DNA of 64,000 nt from positions 33,790,001 through 33,854,000 of the forward strand of contig CM075983.1 of the NCBI GenBank assembly GCA_038087875.1, written 5' to 3'. The notes beneath the pieces are model-generated. The model made no database searches and was not told the DNA's origin. It saw only the letters and a program-made list of their open reading frames with translations. The stretch comes from Malacoraja senta. Its lineage: Eukaryota. How positions within the stretch are numbered: the first letter of the stretch is position 1; each line of letters starts with the position of its first letter. Positions 37,130 through 50,074 of this stretch are shown in pieces. The position numbers and the translations under genes were made by a program.

Positions 37130-39265
37130 TACCGCCATCACACGTGGCAACAGATGATCCCCCACGCCGGGTCCCTCCTTCGTTCTTGGTGGCCCCCTGC
37201 CGGGTAGCTGTCAGCGGCGCAGGTCGCCAATGCTCTCAATTGGTCCCTTGCTCTCAACCATCCACCTCGCGATCCACCTCTCGACGATGCTCCCGCAACC
37301 CTGAAACGGCCGTCCTGTATCCATCCATCCTGTCATCCGAGCGCTGTGCTGCAACAAACTCCACGTAATCAACACCATGGTCCATGGCCGCCACAGCCTG
37401 GAGGGCCGGGCGAAACAGGGCGTCAGCGTGTTGAACTTCCCGGCCACGTGCTGTACGTCCGTCGTGAACTCTGACATAAATGCCAGGTGTCTTTGCTGTC
37501 GAGCGGACCAGGAGTCTGACACCTTGGCCAAGGCGAACATTAAGGGCTTGTGGTCACTAAAGGCCATGAACGGCCTGCCCTCCAGGAAGTATCTAAAGTG
37601 ACAGATGGCCAGGTAATGGGTGAGGAGCTTCCGGTCGAACGCGCTGTAGTTGCGCCCGGGGGGCCTCAGCTGACGGCTCAGAAAAGCTAGTGGCTGCCAG
37701 CGGCCATCAATGAGCTGATCCAACACCCCACCCACGGACGTATCGGAGGCGTTTACCATGAGAGCAGTCGAGGCTGTGGCCCGCGGGTGTACTAGCAAGG
37801 GGCTTTGGCCAGCGCCTCTTTCACACCGTCAAACGCGGCCTCGGCCTCGGTGGACCACACGAGGTCCCGTGGCTTACCAGCGAGGCACTGAAAGAGGGGC
37901 TGCATGATTCTGGCAGCTGCCAGCACGAAACGATGGTAGAACTTAACCATGCCGACAAACTCCTTTGACAGTGAGCGGCCGGGGAAACTGCCGGATAGCC
38001 TCTACCTTAGTGGGTAATGGGGTGGCGCCCTGTGAGGTAACGTGTTGCCCCAGGAATAAAATTGTGCGGAGGCCAAACTGGCAATTGGCGGGATTGACTA
38101 CGAGTCCATGGTCCTGGAGCCGCTGGAACAACGCCTGCAGGTGCGTGAGTTGTTCCTGTTGGGACCGGCTCACAACTAGAATGTCAGCTAAGTAGATGAA
38201 AACAAAGTTCAATCCCCTACCCACCATGTCCATCAGTCTCTGGAACGCCTGCGCGAGGTTTTTATGCCGAAAGGCATACGGAGCAACTCAAACAGCCCAA
38301 ATGGGGTGATGGTGGCGGTCTTTGGGACATCGTCTGGGTGAACAGGGATCTGATAACAACCGCAGACCAGGTCCACCTTTGAAAAAAAGGTAGCTCCTTA
38401 AAGATTAGCTGAGAAGTATTTGTGGGATTTGTGGGACAGGGTAGTGGTCTGCGGTCGTAACGGTGTTCAGGCGCCTATAATCCCCGCATGGTCTCCACCC
38501 CCCAGATGTTTTAGGGACCATGTGTAATGGGGATGCACATGGTCTACCTGAGCGGCGTACGATCCCCATGTCCTCCATCAGTTTGAATTCTTCCTTGGCG
38601 ATGCGCAGCTTGTCGGGCGGGTGGAATGATGGTCTCGTGGTGGGGATATGATTCACTACCACGTGCTTGAGGGTTGCAGCATGGAAACGGGGGGTGAGTA
38701 GCTCTGGGAACTCTGCGAGCAAGGAGGCACACGAGCCCTCGACCTGAGCCACCACTTTCAGCTGCGGGCTGGGAGGTTCCACAGGTCGTGGGGTTGCGGG
38801 GCTGGGGCCCGCAGTTGGAACGAGGCGCCTGCCCCGTACGTCCACCAGGAGTGAAAAAGCCCAAAGGAAGTCAGCGCCCTGCAGCGGCTGGGCCACGTCC
38901 GCAAGGGTGAAGGTCCAGTTGTATGGGCGGGAGTCGAAGTTGAGGGATAGGGTCCGCGTGCCATAGGTGCAGATAGTACTACGGTTGGTGGCAGTCTGGA
39001 CGGGGCCTCACTAGCCAGCACGGGTGTCCAACCCAGTCGGGGGGAGGTATGCTGCGATGGCCCCTGATTCGACCAGGAAACAAAGTCCTGAATGGCGGTC
39101 TCGCACGTAGAGGCGGTTGTTTTGGCCGATCGGGACAGCCCTAACTGACGATCGGCCGAGGCGTTTCCCGCAAACATGCAGGGAGGCGGCATCAGCGGGC
39201 ACCACTGGTGCTTACCCCGGTCTCCGGCAGGCGGCTGTGGCGCGGCGACGGTAGCAGAGGTTCGG
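37130..39265 (-). mobile_element. Gypsy (Ty3-like) internal fragment: gag end, PR, RT, RNaseH; degenerate, no LTRs seen
   Basis: FLVESGA (PR); [11 protein letters not shown] and FIYLADILV (RT); ASDTSVGGVL, YSAFDRKLL and SDHKPL (RNaseH). Confidence 0.88.
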
Positions 39266-40459
39266 GCATCTCTGCGGGTCAGCTGTTCGTCTGGTGTGTA
39301 GTACGCCAGGATAGGTGCCGTTGTCAACAGCTCCTTGATCTATGACATTGCCATGTCATGTTCTGATGACCATTCCCACTCTGCTTCCTTGTGGGTCAAT
39401 CTCCTCAAAGGCTCGAATGTGACCGACAACATTGGCAGGTATCTTGCCAAAGAGTTTACTCTGCCTTGTAATCTTTGGATTTCTGTTGGATTGGTTGGGT
39501 TGGGCATCTCTAGGATAGCATGGATCTTCTTCGGATCTGGTTTCAGGCCACGATCTGTGACTATATGTCCTAGAAATGTGATACAAGTCGTTTTCACTAC
39601 CGACTTCTTCCGGTTCAGCTTAATGCCTCTGTCTCTGCATCGCTGAAGAAGATCTTGCAGTCTTGCATCATGATTCCTTTCTGCATCTTCTCTGGTGTCC
39701 CCTGCTCCGAATAAGATGATGTCATCTGCAGCACATTCCACTCCCTTTAATCCTTCTAGGGCTTGTTGCAGCTTCTTCTGGAAGATCTCTGCACTTACCT
39801 TCAGTCCAAATGGCAACCTCTTCCAGCGATATCTCCCAAAAGGGGTGTTCATGGTTGTTAGGAAACTGCTCTCCTCATCTAGTTTGCAGTAGAGGTATCC
39901 TGACTTCAGATCGAATTTGGAGAAAATGTTCTCCTTGGACAGCTCAGGGATTACATCCTCTAGTCTGTGGATCTCCCTTTTCAGGACTTTGTTGAGGGGT
40001 CTAGGATCTACACAGAACCTCAACTCTGTGCTGTTCTTCTTCTCCGAAATGACCAGCCTGCTACACCACCACCGCACTGATTTACACGCAGCGTCTTATC
40101 TCTGCGTGCTCACTGACCTGCATACCATTCCTCTCAGGCATGCAGCTAGTCCGGTCGCTGAGCGTTGAATCACTGATTCCTGAAAGCTTTTCAAAGCATT
40201 TTTTGCTAATCATCATAGCATCTATTTGATCCACAAATCTTCATTTTCACCGCTGCCAATATGTTTTGATATATGCCTATTTACGAAATAGGAAAGATTT
40301 GCACATATTAGACGGAGAAAGATGGCTCCACACACACTCGTGTTGGGATCAAAAGCAGGAATGATTTATTTCCAAGTCAAAGGTCACTGACTGATTTACT
40401 GAGCATGTGCGAGATGAATACAGCTCATATGCATAAATTACATGGATATTGTCACAACA
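39266..40459 (-). mobile_element. Mag-type Gypsy 5' fragment: LTR (40262-40459), tRNA-Leu-type PBS, mostly deleted gag, RT
   Basis: LTR tgttttga...cacaaca; minus strand TGGCAGCGGTG immediately inside; RT FSKFDLKSGY, FGRYRWKRLPFGL and ADDII. Confidence 0.82.
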
Positions 40460-41739
40460 GCCAACTCCAATTTGTTAATCCTTGGAATGTACACCTCTGC
40501 AAATATAACTTTATTGGAGAAGTACAATTTTAAGAGGACACGTTGCTTACCAGAATAAAATAATGGGAGACATGGTTTGACAGAAGATAGCAAAGGAATA
40601 CATGTCCAATCTCCACTTGTTCACTGGAACATGAGCGTTACCTCTGAACATTTGATAAAAGTACCTTGCATCCATTTTAAGTGCCAACCCAGCAATAGTT
40701 ACGTCTTGTGACAATTTATTGAGCCTAATGATTATAAAATCCAGGATTTCAGTTAAAGCTTTACAAAAGGCCAAGAGTTTACTCTTTCAGTTTGAATGCA
40801 CAATCCAAGTACAAATAATCTCTTGTAGCTGCCAGAAAAACAAAGACTATGACTTATTGGAATATGGAATAATAAGATTTTGGATGAAAACCAGTACCAT
40901 ATGTTGCAGGCACTCATGATGATTTTTCTTTCTTTTTTCTTTAATAATGTTTTTCTTTTTCATTCCTTGTACAGCTGTTGACCTTGATACCATCCTATTA
41001 CTAAATTAACAGACATTTTTACATTCATTATGATTATAACACAAGGCAAGTAAAGTTTAATTGCTCACAAACTATACATGCAATTTACCATCTAACAAGC
41101 ACAATTCTGCAGGTTATAGATATTGCAGTGTATTTTATTAAACACAGAGCCTGTGATCTGGGGTATCAATTAAAATTCTGTGCTTCATCAAGGTACATTA
41201 AAGATCCCATGACTGCCTAGCCAATCTTAGTATCTCACACACCTGGCTTACATTATATTACAGGCAACAATGCCAACAATGTATTGCACATTGGTGCACA
41301 GATCAATACCAAGATATAGTGGTGTAATGCTACCGGGAGTGTGAAGAAATGCCCTACAAATAATTAGAATAATTTGAAACAGATGGGCAAGCAGCAGGCT
41401 CCTAAACCATTTATGGCAAAGAAACTTCAAAAAATAATTACAGATTTTTGTACTCAAAGCATATTATCAAATGGCAAACCCTATTATCATATCATCTGAT
41501 GAAATGCTATCTTTTTTACTTAGAACACAGTTACATGCTGCATGCAAAAGTCATTTATTGTTAATTAGAGATATGTAGTGTGGGGATGGCATTTGTTAAA
41601 CGGATAGTGATAAGCATTTATATTACCTAGCCTTGGACAACTACATGACTGAAATTGCTTTATTTGCCAAAGGAGCTTTAACCTCAATTGTCAGCCTTGA
41701 GAACTAAAATTATTGTTTTCACCTTTCCAGTTTTGGGGT

Positions 41740-41955
41740 CAAACACAAAATGCTGGAGAAACTCAGCAGGTCAGGCATCATCTAGGGAGGGTATGACGGG
41801 CGATGTTTTGGGTTGGGACCCTTCTTCAGTCTGAAGAAGGGTCCCAACCTGAAATGCCAGCCGTCATTCCCTCCACAGATGCCGCCTGAGCTGCAGAGTT
41901 TCTCCAGCACCTTGTGTTTTGCTCGAGATTCCAGCATCTGCAATTCCTCGTGTCT
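41740..41955. mobile_element. Penelope-derived short palindromic element
   Basis: acacaaaatgctggagaaactc...gggacccttcttcag|tctgaagaagggtccc...gagtttctccagcaccttgtgt. Confidence 0.7.
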
Positions 41956-42009
41956 TCACTTTTGGGGCCAGTTACCTATTGCATTTACTTAAATGATTTG
42001 GTGATAACG

Positions 42010-44345
42010 GTCAAGGTGAATGGTTATCAAGTTTCATGTTAACATGGTGGAAAGGGTAGTGAGATTGGTTAGTTCATATATTAGGAAATGGTTAGGAGTT
42101 CCACGGTGTCTTAGTACGTGACTTTATATGAGAAAGGTATTCTCCATATCATTGTCTAAGCTAACAGAGGAGTTTAAGTGTGTTAAGGTGAGGTTAGAGT
42201 TGCAATTATCAGGGAGTAAGGATACTTTAGTAAGCAATCAGGTGCCAAGTGTAACTAGAAGGAGGAAGTGGTACTCAAAGCAGGCAGTAGAAGAAGCACA
42301 AGCAGCTCTGGGTCATACAGATATTGCTGGGAGGGTGCAGCAAGGGAAAGGAGGCAGGGCTCAGCACAGGGATCCAGTGTGGAGTAAGGCAGGTCCAACA
42401 GAGAGGAGGAAATTTGTTGTACAGCAGGTACATCGGCAGGAGGAAGCAGTGAAATGTGTAAGGGCAGTAGCCCAGGTTAAGCAGGGACAGTGCATGATTT
42501 GGGAAAGTGTAGAAAAGAGGTGGTTTAGCTGGAAGGCACTGTGGTGCATGGAGGCGGGTCATGTAAGTTTCCTTATAAGGGCTATTTATGATGTGCTGCC
42601 ATCACTGCAGAACATCAAACAATGGGTAGGTGGGGATCTGGCGTGTCCCTTGTGTTGAGAGGTGGCAACGTTGAGGCATATTTTATCAGGATGTAGGACT
42701 AGTCTTTCTCAGGGTCAGTATACTTGGTGGCATAACCAGGTCTTCAAGTGCATAGCTGCAGCAATTGAGAGGAGGAGAGTACAAGTGAATTCAGTTGGCA
42801 TCGGGACTGGGAGTGTAGCAATTCATTTTGTCCATGAGGGAGAAAAAGGTAGAGGAGGGAAGTTTGCAGATAGGTATGAGTCAGGCCAGTTACAGGGAGC
42901 CAATGATTGGGAGATGCAGGTCGATTTAGGAGGAAAGCTTGTTGTTCCACAGGAAATAATTACAGTAGTACCAGTGAGGCCTGATGTGATGTTATGGTCA
43001 TTTTATTCAGCATATAGTGTATTTTATAGAACTGACGGTGCCTTAGGAGAACTTAGTGGATGAGACTTATGAAGGGCTTAGATATGTAGAGTTGACAGCA
43101 GATGTTGAGCCGAGGATGGAGAGCAAGAGTATGTCCGGTTGAGGTGGGTTGTGGAGGTTTCATAGTGAAATCGACCACGCCGCTATTTGGAGAGCTAGGA
43201 ATTTGCGGGCAGAGTTTGCGTCAGGCTGCAAAGCAAATGTCAGAGGCAGCAGAGCAAGGCAGTAGGTGGATTTGATGGAGAGGAAATAGTCAGTTGGGGG
43301 CAGAAAGGAAACGTATGACATGCAGTATGTGTATTTCTTTGTAATTGTAGTCTGTGCAAGGGTGATATTTGTGATGGTATAAGCTTAATGATGGGCTAGG
43401 ATCAGTGGAAGATAGGATGCAGGTGTTTAGAATTTGTTAGTGAGCTAATTGGCTGCAGCTTCTTTTATTTAATAGATACTGGTAGAATAGGTGGTGAGAG
43501 AAGTTATAGACAATAGGTGCAGGAGTAGGCCATTCAGCCCTTCGAGCCAGCACCGCCATTCAATGTGATCATGGCTGATCATCCCCAATCAGTACCCCGT
43601 TCTTGCCTTATCCCCATATCCCCTGACCGCTATTTTTAAGAGCCCTATCTAGCTCTCTCTTGAAAGCATCCAGAGAACCTGCCTCCACCGCCCTCCGAGG
43701 CAGAGAATTCCACAGACTCACCACTCTCTGGAAGAATTTTTTTTCCTCGTCTCCGTTCTAAATGGGTTACTCGTTATTCTTAAGCTGTGGCCCCTGGTTC
43801 TGGACTCCCCCAACATCGGGAACATGTTTCCTGCCTCTAGCGTGTCCAAACCCTTAACAATCTTATAAGTTTCAATGAGATGCCCTCTCATCCTTCTAAA
43901 CTCCAGAGTGTACAAGCCCAGCTGCTCCATTCTCTCAGCATATGACAGTCCCGCCATCCCGGGAATTAACCTTGTAAACCCACGCTGCACTCCCTCAATA
44001 GCAAGAATGTCCTTCCTCAAATTAGGGGACCAAAACTGCACACAATACTCCAGGTGTGGTCTCACTAGGGCTCTGTACAACTGCAGAAGGACCTCTTTGC
44101 TCCTATATTCGATTCCTCTTGTTATAAAGGCCAACATGCCATTCGTTTTCTTCACTGCCTGCTGTACCTGCATGCTTACTTTCATAAACTGCTGAACAAG
44201 GACCCCCAGATCCCGTTATTAAGGGGGGTTGTTCTGGGATGCCAGAACCAACTGTTGAGCAAACTCGAAGTGTTATTGGCTTAACTCATAGAATCATCAA
44301 TGAAGGGAGGTGCTCACTTGATAACCCCAATAATATTCTTGCATC
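42010..44345 (+). mobile_element. RLE-type non-LTR retrotransposon (HERO-like) 3' half, degenerate; coding remnant ends ~43290, and the putative 3' UTR is interrupted by a CR1
   Basis: SFLIRAIYDVLPS, CPLC...LRHILSGC (CCHC), YTWWHNQV, RPDVMLW and ELTVP (PD-(D/E)xK nuclease). The 3' extent is inferred. Confidence 0.78.
43507..44213 (-). mobile_element. Young 5'-truncated CR1 (HER1-like) LINE
   Basis: ORF 43718-44185 contains LYRALVRPHLEYCVQFWSP...RTRGHSL; 3' tail at 43507. Confidence 0.93.
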
Positions 44346-44389
44346 TACAGGATTAGTTTTTTTTTAAAGAGCTAATTAATATGTGGGTA

Positions 44390-44623
44390 TTTGGCAGATA
44401 GAGACAAGAGTCAATCGTTTAAATTAAGTTTTATTCGTAATACGTTTAAACTAACGATAGGTCTCACACAACCAACAAAACTGATCCAGCCACAACAGTG
44501 GTCTAGAGCGACTGAACGGGCATCACCCAGAAAGCGCGTCAAAACGCAACCCCTCCCAGTGTCACATGCCCGAGGCACCCGACCGCAGGGTTCGACCTGT
44601 GAGCACCAGCAGGTGCCGCTACA
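44390..44623 (-). mobile_element. Solo Gypsy LTR with 4-bp TSD
   Basis: Ends t(t)tggcag ... tgccgctaca; GGTA at 44386-44389 and 44624-44627; minus-strand AATAAA at ~44430. Confidence 0.65.
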
Positions 44624-45664
44624 GGTAGCTTTTTTTGAGGGGTTATTTTGCATATGGAGTTGGTGTATTTAGTTAGATAATACTTTGGTTTTGGGCTTGA
44701 TTTTCTTAGTTGAGCACTTATCCAGGAGTTATAGCACAAGTATGGTGTGTTTTAATAGTAATTTAGGTAGCTGTTTATTGCATGTTTACATGTTTAATGT
44801 TAACCTGTGGGTAGCTGTTTATTGCATATGGAGTTAGTTATTATCTTTAGCATAAGTTAGTATATTCAGCTGGATAGTACTTTGGCTTTGGGCTTGGTTT
44901 TCTTAGTCAAGCACTTATCCTGTTGTTATAGTACAAGTATTTTATATTTTAATTGTAATTCTGATAATGATGATTTGGAACTGGGAAAATTGTAAAGGAA
45001 GAGCACAATGAATCACAACAATGCCAACAAAATAGGAACAGGGTGGACCAGTGTACTGCATGCTAAAACCACCTGTAAAATATTCTGTCCAAAATAGGGC
45101 TGTATTATTTTTTGGCTATTCTTAATAACCATTTGAAAGGAATTAGGGTGCCTATATTGGTAAATAAAGTTTAAGATTCATATTCAGATTTTATTGGCCA
45201 GAGGTGGCAGCAAAGAAAAATTCTGATGTAATCCCAAAATTAAAATCTAGTACACATTTATCACAATTATTACAATTAAAGTCTAATCTATGATTGTTTA
45301 ACTATGATTGTCTATCCATACCCTATTAAGGTACAATATATAATTTGAGACCTCAATTAGTAAAGTAAATCTTCAAAATCATTGGAGGGTCAAGTGTTGA
45401 CAACTTGCATACAAAATGTTAGTCACAATTTCCAATTTGGCTCAAACCTTTTCGTTGGTTTGCCCTGCTTCCAGAACAAGCCTCGATTTAAAAGAAAGCA
45501 CAGGCAAATGTATTTCCCCGAGTCCCACTTCCTATATTCATTATGCTTTGATTCATTAAAATATATTTGCTACCAAATATCAATTTATGGACAACATTGT
45601 CATCCCTTATCCATCTCAATTATTAATATCCCAATCAGGCAAAAGCAATATTATCTTAAATGAA

Positions 45665-46296
45665 GGTAGACAAAAATGCTGGAGAATCAGCGGGTGAGGC
45701 AGCATCTATGGAGCAAAGGAAATGGGCAACTTTTCGGGTCGAGACCCTTCTTCAGACGGATGTGAGGGTGAGGGGGGCAGGAAGAAGAAAGGAAGAGGCG
45801 GAGACAGTGGGCTTAGGGAGAGCTGGGAAGGGGAGGAGAATGCCGGGACTACCTGAAATTGGAGAAGTCAATGTTCATACCGCTGGGGTGTTAACTGCCC
45901 AAGCGAAATATGAGGTGCTGCTCCTCCAATTTATGATGGGCCTCACTCTGGCCATGGAGGAGGCCATGGTCCTGGGCCAGAGTGAGGCCCACCGTAAATT
46001 GGAGGAGCAGTACCTCATATTTCGCTTGTGCAGGTTACACCCCAGCGGTATGAACATTGACTTCTCCAATTTCAGGTAGTCCCGACTTTCTCCGCCCCTT
46101 CCCAGCTCTCCCTAAGCCCACTGTCTCCGCCTCTTCCTTTCTTCTTCCCGCCCCACCCTCACATCAGTCTGAAGAAGGGTCTCGACACGAAACATTGCCT
46201 ATTTCCTTCGCTCCATAGATGCTGCCTCACCCGCTGAGTTTCTCCAACATTTTTGTCCACCTTCGATTTTCCAGCATCTGCAGTTCCTTCTTAAAC
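45665..46296. mobile_element. Inverted (palindromic) pair of Penelope 3' fragments with a flanking direct repeat
   Basis: Arms meet at ~45960; EAHRKLEEQYLIFRL...GMNIDFSNF is the PLE C-terminus; attatcttaaRtgaa at 45650-45664 and 46297-46311. Confidence 0.88.
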
Positions 46297-46539
46297 ATTA
46301 TCTTAAGTGAATTCAGTTTATTTTTTATCTGGATTAAGCAGTAAACTGATTTTTTTTAAATCCTCTCCTTTCCCCATACTCTGCTTTTTTTTTTCCATCT
46401 GCCCACTTTAATCATGCCTCTCCTCAACTTCAGTTTGCATTATTCCTTATGCAGATTTTATTAAATTCTTCATGAAAAATCATGTAAACTAAATGCATTA
46501 CACTTCCTTTATTGATTCTCTGTCTCTGTTTAAGCTAAG

Positions 46540-46680
46540 AGGCTCTTGAAGCATGGCTTGGCCTTTATAAACCACTGTTTACCAGATGATTGCTTCATCT
46601 TTCTCCAAATGCTCAGCGATTATCCCCCGCATTAGAGACTCCAGTAGTTCATCAACAAAAGTGTAAATCCACCATAATTT
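46540..46680 (-). mobile_element. Ancient CR1/L2 RT remnant
   Basis: Minus translation LLESLMRGIIAEHLEK followed by GFIKAKPC-like sequence. Confidence 0.45.
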
Positions 46681-47419
46681 TTCCAAGTTATCTTCATCTC
46701 ATTCTCTGATGAGTTGACTTTCTGTTTTTGAACCCTCAGGGTTATGGAATGAATCTTTTTAGTGGTTTTCAAATGGTAAACATGTCACATCAGTAACAAG
46801 GGGCATAGAGTTAGAATTATCGATAAAAGAATGAAGAAATCATAAACATTATTTTTGCACCTGGAAGGTTAGTGGATGATGGACTAAACTAACTTTTCAG
46901 AGACATTAGTAAGCCTTCTTGCATGGCTGCCTTCATTGGGGATTTTCTGTATCTCTCGGCAGCTCTTTTACCATGTTTTTGTCTGATCAAATCCACTATA
47001 ACGTATAACATTAGTACCTCCACCAATGTAAAGCACTTAGGTCAACGAGAGTTGTTTTTTAAATGTGCTATAGAAATAAAAGTGACGACTTGACTATCAT
47101 TAAGGCAGAGATCACTGCACATTACGCTGATGTATTAAAATATATTTAAAAATCTGCAACAGTAATTTTGTTTGTTTTATTCTTTTAGCTGTTTGGGATC
47201 AAGGTATCGCTGGCAAGACCAGTGTCTATTTTCTGTACCCAAGTGCCCTTCAGAAGAAATTGGTCACCTTATTTTACCAGTGCATTCCTTATAGAGACAG
47301 TACCCCAAGAATGACATTCTTGGGGGTGGCGGCTTCAGTTTGGAAGATGCTGCCTAAAAGTCTAGATGAGTAAAACTGGAGTGCATTTTGTTGATGGCAC
47401 ACTCAACAGTCACAGGGCA

Positions 47420-48228
47420 GGGGTTGTGGAGGGAATTCCTAAGGAAATCGACAGGGATGGTAGTGAGATCAGAAACAGGTAAGTTGATATTCTAGGGCAT
47501 GTAGGTATTAAGAAAGAGGTGTTGCATTATTTGAAGATCATTAATGTAGATAAATCCCCAGCGTCTGATAGGATCAATCCCAGGATAACGAGGGAGGTAC
47601 AGCAGTAGAATATTGGGGCCCTGACAAAGGTGTTTGTATCCTCATTAGTTATAGACAAGGTCCCATCTGAAAAATAGCCAATGTTGTTCCTTTATTTAAG
47701 GAGGGCATGAGAACAATCTAGTGAGCCTTACATCTGTATAGAATACTATATATCTGCTGCATGGCAGAAGGCTCCTAGACCACTGCAGCCTGGAGGGGGG
47801 AAGCCACCAAGCCACCCCCTGCTTGTCCCCCACGGCCGAAAGCAGGACCGGTGGACCACGGCCTCCAGGAGGGAAGCCACCAGCCCCTGCTCATCCACCG
47901 AGACCAGAAAGATGGAGCCAGTCATGATGACGACAACAGATGCGACGGGTGAGGTGCAAAGCTGATAGGAGGGGGAACCGGGGTCAGGCCTACTGTGCCC
48001 TCAAGGTTGGGAGGTGCCCCTCGGGCAGAAAGGTGGACAGGCAAGGAGCAATTACATACTTGATACGAGTATATAAAATGATAAGCATAGATAAGGTAGA
48101 CATTCTGAACCTTTCTCAGGATTGAAATGTCCAACACCAGAGTGCACAGCTATAAGATGAGAGGGGAAAATTGAATGGACATGTGCAGGGCAATTATTGT
48201 TTAAACAGAGTGGTTGGGGCTTGGAACG
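47420..48228 (+). mobile_element. Degenerate CR1 fragments, with an unrelated GC-rich insert at ~47755-48040; CR1 3' end resumes at 49620-49760
   Basis: gtagataaatccccagcgtctgataggat (KSPG.D), gccaatgttgttcctttatttaag (ANVVPLFK), tataaaatgataagcatagataagg. Confidence 0.6.
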
Positions 48229-49618
48229 CTTTGCCGGGGGTGGAAAGTCTCCACTATTGTCCCTGTATCCATAAATACAAGGATTACTGGTCTTATTAAC
48301 GACAGGCCTGTCGCGCTGACCTCTGTAGTCATGAAGACCCTTGAAAGACTTGTGCTGGCCCAGCTGAAAAATATCATAAACTCCCTGCTGGACCCTCTGC
48401 AGTTTGCATACCGGGCCAATAGATCAGTGGATGACACAGTCAACCTAGGCCTGCATTTCATCCTCCAGCCCCTAGACCACCAGGGGACCTATGCAAGAAT
48501 TTTGTTTGTGGATTTTAGCTCTCCATTCAACACCATTGTGCCAGAGCTACTACACTCCAAACTCTCCCAGTTGACTGTGCCTGAACCCCTCTGTCAGTGG
48601 ATCACCAACTTGCTGACAGACAGGAAGCAGCATGTGAGGCTGGGAAAGCACATCTCGGACCCGCAGACCCTCAGCATAGGAGCACCGCAAGGCTGCGTAC
48701 TCTTCCCTCTCCTTTACTCTCTCTACACCAACGCCTACACCTCCACAGACTCCTCTGTCAAGCTTCTCAAGTTTGCGGATGACACAACCCTGATTGGAAT
48801 GATTCAGGATGGGGTGGTATCTGCCTACAGACAGGAAGTGATTCAGTTGGCGTCCTGGCGCCTTCGTAACAACCTGAAGTTCAATCGTCTTAAGACAGTG
48901 GAATTGATAGTAGACTTTAGGAGCTCCTCCCCTCGCCTCCCACCACTCACCATCAACAACACCAGTCACATCTTTGGAGTCCTTTAGATTCCTTGGAACC
49001 ATCAACTCCAAGGACCTTAAATGCGGGGGCCACCATCGACTCGACAGTCATAAAGACTGTACTTTATAAGAAAGGAAACATACACAATCTGCCACAGGCA
49101 ATGATGGTCCAATTCTAGACTGCCATCATAGAGTCTGTCCTCACCATCTCCATCATGGTCTCAGCCACCAAGCACGATATCCGGAGGCTGCAGCGAATCG
49201 TTCGATCAGCGGAGAAGGTTGTTGGCTTCAACCTTCCCTCCATTGACGAACTGTACACTGCAAGGACCAGGAAGCGAGCGAGTAAGGCCCCTCTCACTCT
49301 GGCCACAAAGTCTTTGAACCACTTCTCTCTGGAAGGCGACTCCAGACTGTCAAAGCCACCACAATCAGACATAAAAAGAGCTTTTTCCCCCATGAGCAGT
49401 AGCTCTACTCAATAACCAAAAGTCCGTAGCCTCCTTTTGCTCTGGTATTTTATTTCATTCACATGTTTAAACTATAATGTTTTATTCTTAATGTTTTAAT
49501 GGTTTATGTTTTATTCTTAATGGTTTACTGTATGTCGTGTTGTTACTTGCGAGCGGAGCACCAAGGCACATTACTTTCATGTGGCCAATAAATTTATTCA
49601 TTCAATCATTTGTTCATT
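48229..49618 (+). mobile_element. Rex1/Babar LINE, 5'-truncated, RT domain and tandem tail
   Basis: PVALTSVVMKTLERLV, LDPLQFAYRANRSVDD, GAPQGCVLFPLLYSLYT, KFADDTT; tail aataaatttattcattcaatcatt. Confidence 0.92.
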
Positions 49619-50074
49619 AATTATAAGGCTTTTAGATAGGCACATGAAAGTGCAGGGAATAGAGGGATATGGATCATGTACAGGCTAATGGGATCAGTTT
49701 CACTTGGCATCATGCTCGGTACAAACATTGTGGCTGAAGGGCCTGTTCCTTTGCTGTAGTGTGCTGTGTTCTCGGAGAGGACCAAATGCAATAAATGAGA
49801 TTGGAGGAGATGCTCATAAATCTCTGCCTCATTCACAAAAACTCTTTGGATCCCTGTATGGTGGTGAGGGAAGAGGTGTTGACACAAGTATTGCACCTCA
49901 TACCACTGCAGGGAAATTGCCAGATGACAGTGAGTGTGGGTGGAGAGAGATGAACTGACTAGGGAGTCATGGAGAGTGTGGTCCCTGCAAAAAGTGGAAA
50001 GAGGGGCAGACGAGAGGTGATGGAGACAGATTTAGAAAATGCAGAGAAGTGTCATACATGGCCCAATGAATTTA

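Noticed and set aside
40547-40774. Possible minus-strand exon ending at ctg|gtaag
   Set aside because: No recognisable protein similarity; compatible with chance.
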